Virus record (IMG/VR): IMGVR_UViG_3300043391_000059
Location: 1 to 37,178 of that record
Strand: one strand, 5' to 3'
From: a virus
Lineage: Duplodnaviria; Caudoviricetes
DNA length: 37,178 nt
The position numbers and the translations under genes are program-made. The notes beneath the pieces are model-generated. The model made no database searches and had not been told where the DNA came from. It was given only the letters and a program-made list of their open reading frames with translations. Below, piece by piece: positions 1-6,940 of this stretch (its first letter is position 1; each line of letters begins with the position of its first letter).

Positions 1-20
1 TAGACAAATCTGTTGATTTA

Positions 21-36
21 TAGACGAATTTGTCTA
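21..36. promoter_or_regulatory. Operator-like inverted repeat TAGAC-N6-GTCTA upstream of the cro-like gene
   Basis: TAGACgaatttGTCTA. The same TWGAC-N6-GTCWA form recurs at 36154 and 36896. Confidence 0.65.
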
Positions 37-146
37 TTTAGGTTTTTATGAACCTTGAGAACTTCCGAAAAAAGCAAAAATTCACTTACAAAGGTTTAGC
101 TAAATTTTTAGAGATTGAAGGAGTGTCAATAGCAACGACTGCTCTA
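21..146. repeat. Terminal direct repeat (126 bp, identical to 37053-37178); circular assembly of a complete phage genome
   Basis: tagacgaatttgtc...gactgctcta is present identically at both ends. Bases 1-20 differ slightly from 37032-37052. Confidence 0.95.
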
Positions 147-251
147 CGATGGTGCAAAGGAGAGAGAATACCTAGAGCCGAGCAAATGAAAAAAATTTTT
201 AGATTAACTAAAGGCAAAGTTACTCCTGGAGATTTCTATGAAGGAAAATAA
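48..251 (+). CDS. Cro-like HTH transcriptional regulator
   Basis: 67-aa XRE-like HTH (TYKGLAKFL...ALRWCKGERIPR...TKGKVTPGDF), divergent from the repressor across the circle junction. Confidence 0.8.
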   Translation: MNLENFRKKQKFTYKGLAKFLEIEGVSIATTALRWCKGERIPRAEQMKKIFRLTKGKVTPGDFYEGK

Positions 252-513
252 TTATCCTTATAGAATAATTTATAGAGTTGATTGGATTGATATAGTCTCT
301 TGTAGTGAGTGGCTGCCTTATGATGATGCCGGAGACGAAGAGCCTGTTGCTTGTGTATCTTTTGGTTTCATTGCTTATAAAGATAAAAATAAATTAGTTA
401 TCTCTAGCGAATATTCCATTAAAGAAAAAAGTTTTGAAATTGGAAACAAAACAACAATTCCAATTGATAACATTCTTAGTATTAAGAAAATTTGGGAAGA
501 GAAAATTGTCTAG
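238..513 (+). CDS. Conserved phage hypothetical protein
   Basis: V.W.D...W...CVSFGF...G..TTIP...I..I pattern common in phages; overlaps both neighbours. Confidence 0.7.
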   Translation: MKENNYPYRIIYRVDWIDIVSCSEWLPYDDAGDEEPVACVSFGFIAYKDKNKLVISSEYSIKEKSFEIGNKTTIPIDNILSIKKIWEEKIV

Positions 514-892
514 AGATAATTATTTTAATAAAGGGGACGCTTTCAGCGAATTCCACAGAGCAAGAAAAGAAAAAATTGCTTACATTGATATTGATATGCC
601 TACCCCGGTTTGTAAGAATTGTTACGAGCCTTTATGTTTATTTGAAACTGTTTTTGACAAGGGACAAACCTACAAGAATACTACATTCATTCAGAAACTT
701 GCAAGAAAAAGTCAGCTACCTGCATTTTTAGTTTTCTACAAAGTTAAAGCAGATAACGAAACAATTGATTATTTTAGAATTACGCAGCTGCAACCCGAGA
801 AAACGGATGAGCATTTATTAACACCTGAAGTTTTTATTAAATTTTTAGTTCTGCTGCAGGAAGAGCATAGGAGAAATTGTGAGAAGGAATGA
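506..892 (+). CDS. Putative PD-(D/E)XK-like nuclease with CxxC; likely TTG start at 506
   Basis: SEFHR...YIDID...CKNCYEPLCLFET motif. The TTG at 506 overlaps the end of the upstream gene and is in frame with track ORF 434..892. Confidence 0.55.
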   Translation: MSRDNYFNKGDAFSEFHRARKEKIAYIDIDMPTPVCKNCYEPLCLFETVFDKGQTYKNTTFIQKLARKSQLPAFLVFYKVKADNETIDYFRITQLQPEKTDEHLLTPEVFIKFLVLLQEEHRRNCEKE

Positions 893-1080
893 ACACAACA
901 ATTTTAATTATTTGGTTAGTTACTGGTTCCGCAGTTAGTATTAAAAAGCTGCCAGGCGTGGGATGCCATGAAGCTTTTGACAGATTAACTTATTCTAAGA
1001 ACTTTAAAAATCAACGAGGAGAAAAGCGCATTGGTACTTTTTATCATGGTACCGAAGTTTTAGCTTATCGCTGCATATGA
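889..1080 (+). CDS. Small hypothetical protein with hydrophobic N-terminus
   Basis: ATGA overlaps at both ends. Confidence 0.6.
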   Translation: MNTTILIIWLVTGSAVSIKKLPGVGCHEAFDRLTYSKNFKNQRGEKRIGTFYHGTEVLAYRCI

Positions 1081-1172
1081 TTGAACTTATTAAAAGTATG
1101 AGCAGTTTAGATTTTGCAATGTTAATTGCTTGCGGTTTGTCTGTTTGGTGTATGTGGGGTTTATTTAAATGA
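1077..1172 (+). CDS. 31-aa membrane peptide (not in ORF track)
   Basis: MIELIKSMSSLDFAMLIACGLSVWCMWGLFK; ATGA-coupled to both neighbours. Confidence 0.6.
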   Translation: MIELIKSMSSLDFAMLIACGLSVWCMWGLFK

Positions 1173-1762
1173 GTTTCTTTATTGGCGACATAGATATTTT
1201 AGAGGATGAACGACTAACTCCTAATGATAAGTTGGTTTATTTTGCTTTAGCTTGCTACATGAACAGAGCCACCGGTACTTGCTTTCCGCGTATGGCTACA
1301 ATCGCAAAACGTGTAGGAATTTCCAGATGCGCAGTAAGTCGTGCAATTACCCACCTGCAAAGCCTAAAAATCATTAGTAAAAAACGCCTAGCCTCTACAA
1401 ATGAGTATTGTCTGGAGCGTCAAAATTTACTATTAAAATCAAATAGAATTAGAGAGATGTCGCTAAAAGCTACAACTGATGTAGCTAATAGCTCCATATT
1501 AATAAAACCAAATATATATAATCAAAATAGCGGGTATAAAAAATATAACAATTACAAAGACGCTAATTATTCAAATAGGGGGGGTCTGATAGACTCTGTA
1601 AATATAACTATCAAATATAACAACAAAGATTTGAAGTTAATTGGTACAGAAGGTTTAGAAGAATTTTACAAAGACAAGGAAGGCAAGCACTACCGAAAAA
1701 ATAAGCTTAATAATAACATAGTTGAGATCACAGAGCATAGAAGGAAAAAAGATGCGATTTGA
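1169..1762 (+). CDS. Replication initiator, winged-HTH (HTH_36 type)
   Basis: LTPNDKLVYFAL...TGTCFPRMATIAKRVGISRCAVSRAITHL; internal iterons. Confidence 0.8.
   Translation: MSFFIGDIDILEDERLTPNDKLVYFALACYMNRATGTCFPRMATIAKRVGISRCAVSRAITHLQSLKIISKKRLASTNEYCLERQNLLLKSNRIREMSLKATTDVANSSILIKPNIYNQNSGYKKYNNYKDANYSNRGGLIDSVNITIKYNNKDLKLIGTEGLEEFYKDKEGKHYRKNKLNNNIVEITEHRRKKDAI
1456..1560. promoter_or_regulatory. Putative replication origin: two palindromic iterons plus AT-rich tract
   Basis: GATGTCGCTAAAAGCTACA (1456) and GATGTAGCTAATAGCTCCA (1478), 16/19 identical and 22 bp apart, followed by very A/T-rich DNA. Confidence 0.6.
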
Positions 1763-2171
1763 TTTTGATTATACTTGGAAGCTGATTAATATATTTGAGT
1801 TTGCTGCACGCGCTGATCGTTTGATGCCTGGACCCAAAAAACCCTCTTCTCCTTCAATGTATAAAATTTTGGATGTCATACACGACAAATCAGATCATGG
1901 ACTTTATAGAGCAGGCGTTATTCGTTTAAAGGCTAGTGGTAAAATGATTGAGTGTTTTGAATTAGCTATAGATTTACTGTTAATACTTACAACTGAACAG
2001 CGACAAATAATATGGTCAAGAGCAAATAACTACTCTTATAGTGAAATTGGTAAGATGCTTGGAGTTGAACGCCGAAAAGTTAAAAGGCTTTATCTTGATG
2101 CTTTATTTGATTGTGAAGCAAAAGTTAAAAAGAATAAAGATTTGCTTGCCAAAGTTGACAAAATTCACTAG
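1752..2171 (+). CDS. Sigma70 region-4-like HTH protein; probable late-gene regulator
   Basis: LTTEQRQIIWSRANNYSYSEIGKMLGVERRKVKR; SD AAGGA before the ATG at 1752; sits just before the packaging genes. Confidence 0.65.
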   Translation: MRFDFDYTWKLINIFEFAARADRLMPGPKKPSSPSMYKILDVIHDKSDHGLYRAGVIRLKASGKMIECFELAIDLLLILTTEQRQIIWSRANNYSYSEIGKMLGVERRKVKRLYLDALFDCEAKVKKNKDLLAKVDKIH

Positions 2172-2187
2172 GCAAATCAAATATAAT
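2145..2187 (+). promoter_or_regulatory. Candidate late promoter 1 (TTGACA-N21-TATAAT)
   Basis: CTTGCCAAAGTTGACAAAATT...GGCAAATCAAA.TATAAT; near-copy at 22559-22600. Confidence 0.55.
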
Positions 2188-2198
2188 TGTTTTGTAGT

Positions 2199-2447
2199 AT
2201 GCCTGGACATAATAAACAGTTACAGCAATGCGAAAGTATAGCACGCAGCACCAAAGTAAGATGTAAAGCCAAAGGGTGGCTTAAAAAAAATTCAAATAAA
2301 TATAGATGCAAAAATCATGGTGGACTTTGCAAGGGTCAAGTTACTTTGCAAGGTAAGATTAAAGCATTAAAAAATTTAGTAAACTTTAAAAATAAAACAG
2401 ACTTAGAGATTGAGAATTATGTTAGACAAAGAATTGGAAATAATTGA
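2199..2447 (+). CDS. HGGxSTG-type zinc-finger protein
   Basis: QCESIARSTKVRC...RCKNHGGLCKG; typically found next to terminase genes. Confidence 0.75.
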   Translation: MPGHNKQLQQCESIARSTKVRCKAKGWLKKNSNKYRCKNHGGLCKGQVTLQGKIKALKNLVNFKNKTDLEIENYVRQRIGNN

Positions 2448-2832
2448 AAAGTTAGAGAACGGGGAGACATTAACTAGAATAGCAAAAGAAAAAGGTTTCC
2501 CATCGCTCTCACAAATTTATAAATGTATGCGTTCTGATGACGCTTTACATAGAAGAATTACAAAGGCTAGAGAAGTAGGCAGCTATTCGCATCTTGATAA
2601 AATTCAAGATATGTTATCAGAGCCTCAGGACCCTAAATACTTTCAACAACAGAGAGAGGCTGCTCATCATGCAAGATGGTTAGCATCTAAATTATTAAGC
2701 AATACTTTTGGCGATAAAGTTAAATCAGAAATTAAACAAGATCAAAAAATAACTATTTCTTGGAAGTCTAACAAGAAGCCAGAGATAGAAGATAAAGCTG
2801 TAGAAACCTCATTATTAGCTGAGTCAAAATAG
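2419..2832 (+). CDS. terS: Terminase small subunit (Sf6-like)
   Basis: IIEKLENGETLTRIAKEKGFPSLSQIYK...KARE...ARWLASKL pattern. Confidence 0.8.
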   Translation: MLDKELEIIEKLENGETLTRIAKEKGFPSLSQIYKCMRSDDALHRRITKAREVGSYSHLDKIQDMLSEPQDPKYFQQQREAAHHARWLASKLLSNTFGDKVKSEIKQDQKITISWKSNKKPEIEDKAVETSLLAESK

Positions 2833-2857
2833 CGCGTATCTTTTCTGTTAATACTTG

Positions 2858-2887
2858 TTGACAGATTGGCATACGCTATGTTATTAA
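2858..2887 (+). promoter_or_regulatory. Strong sigma70 promoter for the 2919-4548 cluster
   Basis: TTGACA (2858), 18 nt spacer, TGnTATTAA extended -10, then SD AAAGGAG. Confidence 0.7.
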
Positions 2888-2918
2888 TAATTATCAACTT
2901 AACAAAGGAGATAATTAA

Positions 2919-3167
2919 ATGAGACTAACAAAATGTGAAAGCTGCGAAAACTTAGGTGCAGTAGTTTCTAACGACCCTCAAGGTAATTTAGAAATTCAAA
3001 GATGTGATGATTGTAAATTTTTTAAAAGCGATCAAGCTGCAAGAAAAGTTTTTACTCAAGAAAAATTAACAAAAGCAGTTAAAAAATTTGTATCTGCGGG
3101 AAAGTTACCAAATCTTGGTAGACTTCAACCAAAAGTAAGACTTCCAGAAGAAATGGGGGTTAATTAA
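2919..3167 (+). CDS. Small zinc-ribbon protein
   Basis: CESC...CDDC; strong SD. Confidence 0.75.
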   Translation: MRLTKCESCENLGAVVSNDPQGNLEIQRCDDCKFFKSDQAARKVFTQEKLTKAVKKFVSAGKLPNLGRLQPKVRLPEEMGVN

Positions 3168-3598
3168 TGACAAGACTTCCAAATAAATACCTTCCAGACT
3201 TTACTACAAAAAAAGTAGATATGTTAACAGCTGCTAAAATGTTTAAAGCAGCGATTGACAAAATTTGTGAGGCATCTGGGATGCAGCCATCTTATGAAAC
3301 TAACATGGCAACTGCTGAAGATTACGGCTACGGCGACGATAAAACAATCGTTGTTAACTTTGAGGCTGGTCCCTTTGATTGGGGAGTAAGTTACTCAATG
3401 GGTTCAAATCCGAAAAGTTATGACCCAGGTAACAATATACAAGATTGGTACCTTGAATGTTATTATGGGTTTGATGTTATGTTTGTCTCAACTTTAGACA
3501 ACGCACCAAGTTTCAAAAGCATTAAAATAGCTGATGCTCCCGAAAAAGATATGAGACCAAAAATGGATATTGTTATCCAGGAAGGAGTAGCTGCTTAA
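3167..3598 (+). CDS. Hypothetical early protein
   Basis: TAATG-coupled; VVNFEAGPFDW...LECYYGFDVMF. Confidence 0.75.
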   Translation: MTRLPNKYLPDFTTKKVDMLTAAKMFKAAIDKICEASGMQPSYETNMATAEDYGYGDDKTIVVNFEAGPFDWGVSYSMGSNPKSYDPGNNIQDWYLECYYGFDVMFVSTLDNAPSFKSIKIADAPEKDMRPKMDIVIQEGVAA

Positions 3599-4119
3599 TG
3601 AGTAAAATTTATAACAAGTATCTTCCAGAATACTTAAAAACTAAAAAGAATGTTTGGATTAATACTGCTGATTTAGCAACTGCAATTATTGAAGGATGTA
3701 AAAAACTTTATCCTCAATATACGTTTGCAAAATCATCAAGTAACTTTGCCGGCGGTTCTTCAGTAGATATATATTTACAAACAGGATGGGAAACTATCTC
3801 AAAAGAAGATAGCAAAGAAATAAGCAGATTTATAAATCAATATTCTGGAGCAGGTTTTGATGGAATGGTTGATTATAAATTTTATAAAAATATTTGGTTA
3901 ACTCCAGAAGGATTAGTTGAACAAGCATCAAGTAAAGGTTCAGCTTGTACTGGTGGATGTTATGAGGCTTACTCTTACGAGCCAACAAATCCTAATTCAA
4001 TATTAATTAGTTCTGGAGCATGGGTTAGCTTTTCTTCTGAACCTAAGTGGGGAACTAAACCTTACGATGCTTACAGAGAATATTGCAATAAAAAATATAA
4101 CCAACAGGAGGCAGCATGA
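3598..4119 (+). CDS. LPD29-like (large polyvalent protein-associated) domain protein
   Basis: KKLYPQYTFAKSSSNFAGGSSVDI...QYSGAGFDGMVDY resembles the LPD29 FPxxKFSV..YSGG.SI...FDGM.D signature. Confidence 0.65.
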   Translation: MSKIYNKYLPEYLKTKKNVWINTADLATAIIEGCKKLYPQYTFAKSSSNFAGGSSVDIYLQTGWETISKEDSKEISRFINQYSGAGFDGMVDYKFYKNIWLTPEGLVEQASSKGSACTGGCYEAYSYEPTNPNSILISSGAWVSFSSEPKWGTKPYDAYREYCNKKYNQQEAA

Positions 4120-4310
4120 AAAACAAAAAAACAAAAACTGTTTCAAGAATAGAACTTGGTTCTATTTCTTATGGAGATAGTACAGCGGCTCAAAAGAATA
4201 AGTTTTCAACACTTGAAAAAATTGGTTTTAAAAAAATACCAAGTGATGATGGTTTTGTAATGTACGAATTAACACCATCAAGACTTAAACAACAAAAGGA
4301 GACAGCTTAA
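4116..4310 (+). CDS. Hypothetical protein
   Basis: SD AGGAGG; ATGA overlap. Confidence 0.7.
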   Translation: MKNKKTKTVSRIELGSISYGDSTAAQKNKFSTLEKIGFKKIPSDDGFVMYELTPSRLKQQKETA

Positions 4311-4396
4311 TGCTTAAAAAATTTATAGAAGGCTTTGCTTTCTCCTTTACTTTAACTGCAGGCGTAACATTAATCTTAATCCTGGGGGTGCTATGA
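4310..4396 (+). CDS. 28-aa membrane peptide (not in ORF track)
   Basis: MLKKFIEGFAFSFTLTAGVTLILILGVL; SD AAGGAG; TAATG overlap. Confidence 0.65.
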   Translation: MLKKFIEGFAFSFTLTAGVTLILILGVL

Positions 4397-4548
4397 ATAA
4401 CGATAAGAACAATACCAAAAGCTTTGGAAGGCATCTTGAGCCTTTAAAGCCAGAGACTAAAACGTTTGAACAAGAGGTTAAGGAATACTTAGAAGAGCAG
4501 CTTGGTCAAGAAATTGAAAACCTAAAAGTTTATAAAAGCTATAACTAA
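4393..4548 (+). CDS. 51-aa protein (not in ORF track)
   Basis: MNNDKNNTKSFGRHLEPL...VYKSYN; SD-like GGGGGT; ATGA overlap. Confidence 0.6.
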   Translation: MNNDKNNTKSFGRHLEPLKPETKTFEQEVKEYLEEQLGQEIENLKVYKSYN

Positions 4549-4956
4549 GAAAACCAAAGACAAAAAGAAAAAGATTACTAAAAAGAAAAATGCCAGATTG
4601 TTTCAAATACGCTGAATACTATCACGAACCTTTACTAAAAAAATTTGGTTTACCTTCTGAACAGACTAGAAAAGTTGTATGTAATTCATTGAACGTACAG
4701 AGTTCCGCGCGCGTGTCATGGGTTTCGGCTGCATTTAATTTGTTTAAACACACAACAAACACACAATACATTAAATAAACGTTGCTATTATTAACGTGCC
4801 TATAGGTATCATACCTACAAGCATAAATTAAAGCTGCCTTTTTGATTTTGCCTGGCTGTTTTTAAGAAAATTTTGGGGGGTGTACCCAAAAAACAACGCG
4901 CAACTTCTACTACATATATATTGGGACTACCACCCACACAGACACACACAGACATT
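4549..4956. other. Non-coding region with repeats and palindromes; candidate packaging/terminus region
   Basis: AAACACACAA x2 (4746, 4757); TAGGTAT-C-ATACCTA (4803-4817); TTTTGGG-N7-CCCAAAA (4871-4891); CACACAGACA x2 (4935, 4945). Confidence 0.4.
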
Positions 4957-5160
4957 ATGAAAAACAAAATAATAGAAGTTGAAAATAAATTACAGTCGCT
5001 GGTCTTTATAGACGAAGAGACTAACGCAATAGTAATTCATGTATATGGATTTAGTGAGAGAGAGATCGCATTAGATTTTGCAGCTAAGATGTTAAAAAAT
5101 GCTGGAGTTAATTATACCCCGCTACAAGATTTATTTAATTTACCACAGACCCTTAACTAA
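4957..5160 (+). CDS. Small hypothetical protein upstream of terL
   Basis: ATG at 4957 preferred over the TTG at 4873; TAATG overlap with terL. Confidence 0.65.
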   Translation: MKNKIIEVENKLQSLVFIDEETNAIVIHVYGFSEREIALDFAAKMLKNAGVNYTPLQDLFNLPQTLN

Positions 5161-6470
5161 TGTTTAATATAGAGCCAGTAAAGAATACTACTATAGAGCT
5201 GGATTATGACCCAAGACCGCAACAAGAATTGTTGCATGACAAATTAGAAAAGCACAGATTTGCGGTTCTAAATTGCCATCGCAGATTTGGTAAAACAGTT
5301 GCAATCTTAAATCATCTTATAAGATCAGCGCTAAACCACCCGCTGCCAAACCCAAGATTTGCGTATATAGCGCCAACTTATAAGCAAGCGAAGAACGTAG
5401 CCTGGGATTATATTAAACAATTTACCGCTTCAATTCCTGGAGTTAAATATAACGAAACGGAATTAAGATGTGATCTACCGAATGGTTCAAGAATAACTTT
5501 ATTATCTTCGGAAAACCCCGATAGTTTACGAGGAATATTTTTAGATGGTGTTTGTATAGATGAGGCAGCTCAAATAGCTCCTAAGCTATGGAATGAAATT
5601 ATAAGACCCGCTTTATCAGACAGAAAAGGATTTTGTTATTTTATCGGTACTCCTGCCGGTATGAATAATTTTTTTTACGATATTTACCAATACGCTTTAA
5701 AAGACCCAGAGTGGTTAACATTTACAGCTCCAGTTAGCGAAACAAAGCTAATTGATGAAAAAGAATTGCAAGCTGCTAAAGACCAAATGGGAGAGGCAAA
5801 GTATAAGCAAGAATTTGAATGTGATTGGATTGCAAATATAGAAGGTTCTATTTATGGAAATTTAATTGCAGATTCAGAAAAAAATAATAGATTAACTAAG
5901 ATTGAATACGACCCGGCACTTCCAGTAGATACCGCATGGGATTTGGGTCATGCTGATAGTACCGCTATTATATTTTTTCAAAAGCTTGGCAATACAATTA
6001 GAATTATAGATTACTACGAAAACAATCGTGAAGGCTTACCGCACTACATTAGTCTGTTAAATAAAAAAGATTATGTTTACGGAAAACATTATGCGCCACA
6101 CGATATAGAGGTTACAGAATTTTCTACAGGTAAGACAAGAAGGGAAGTAGCATATCAACTTGGTGTAAATTTTAAAATTTTACCAAAGCTACCTATTGAA
6201 GATGGAATACACGCCGCGAAAATGTTACTACCGCGTTGTTACTTTAGTTTAGATACTACTAGACCATTAATAGACGCTCTTCGTCATTATCATAGAAGAT
6301 ACAATGAGAAGATGAAAATGTATCATGAGAAACCAATTCATGATTGGAGTTCACACGCTTGTGATGCTTTTCGTTATTTAGCGATTGCAATTGAAGAGTT
6401 GCCATCAAATACAAACTTAAACAAATTATTCCCGAAAACAGATTCGGAATATTCAATACATGGAAGATAA
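5160..6470 (+). CDS. terL: Terminase large subunit
   Basis: Walker A HRRFGKT; YIAPTYKQAK; LRG; Walker B VCIDE; FIGTP; nuclease AWDLG..DST and HDWSSHACDAFRY. Confidence 0.97.
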   Translation: MFNIEPVKNTTIELDYDPRPQQELLHDKLEKHRFAVLNCHRRFGKTVAILNHLIRSALNHPLPNPRFAYIAPTYKQAKNVAWDYIKQFTASIPGVKYNETELRCDLPNGSRITLLSSENPDSLRGIFLDGVCIDEAAQIAPKLWNEIIRPALSDRKGFCYFIGTPAGMNNFFYDIYQYALKDPEWLTFTAPVSETKLIDEKELQAAKDQMGEAKYKQEFECDWIANIEGSIYGNLIADSEKNNRLTKIEYDPALPVDTAWDLGHADSTAIIFFQKLGNTIRIIDYYENNREGLPHYISLLNKKDYVYGKHYAPHDIEVTEFSTGKTRREVAYQLGVNFKILPKLPIEDGIHAAKMLLPRCYFSLDTTRPLIDALRHYHRRYNEKMKMYHEKPIHDWSSHACDAFRYLAIAIEELPSNTNLNKLFPKTDSEYSIHGR

Positions 6471-6473
6471 ATT

Positions 6474-6695
6474 ATGGGTTTTTTAATGCCAAAAATGCCA
6501 GCGATGCCGGCACCACCAATAGCTCCTGCTGCGCCGCCTGCTTATGATGATAAAGAAAAAGCAGCGGAAGTAAAAAGAAAACTGGATGCAATTGAACGAA
6601 ACAGAATGGGAAGAGAAAGTACAATATTAACTACTTATCAGGGATTAGACAATGAAGGTTTAAATTCTGAAAAGAAAACTTTGTTAGGAGCTTAG
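6474..6695 (+). CDS. Small virion protein (T7 gp7.3-like position)
   Basis: MG start, Pro/Ala-rich, GRESTILT...KKTLLG; just before the portal. Confidence 0.7.
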   Translation: MGFLMPKMPAMPAPPIAPAAPPAYDDKEKAAEVKRKLDAIERNRMGRESTILTTYQGLDNEGLNSEKKTLLGA

Positions 6696-6696
6696 T

Positions 6697-6939
6697 ATGG
6701 GTGGAGTTATATCAGCACCAATTAGAGCAGTTACGTCAGCGTTAAGTAAACCAACTACTGCGCCGTCGCCAATAATTACGCCTACAAAAGCAGAAGTATC
6801 ACAATCGCAAGCTGCAGCTGCTTCCGCTTTAGATTCTAAAAGACTTGTTAACGAACAGGGTAGAAGTTCAACAATACTTACAGGCTCACTTGGAGTAACA
6901 GATACGGCTGATATTAAAAAAACATTACTAGGAAGTTAA
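6697..6939 (+). CDS. Small virion protein, paralog of the previous gene
   Basis: MGG start, GRSSTILT...KKTLLG. Confidence 0.7.
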   Translation: MGGVISAPIRAVTSALSKPTTAPSPIITPTKAEVSQSQAAAASALDSKRLVNEQGRSSTILTGSLGVTDTADIKKTLLGS

Positions 6940-6940
6940 A

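Noticed and set aside
21-146. Biological T7-type terminal repeat
   Set aside because: It cuts through the cro gene and its length fits an assembler k-mer overlap.
4590-4778. 62-aa ORF in the pre-terL gap
   Set aside because: No SD or coupling, and it overlaps the repeat elements. Not excluded but unsupported.
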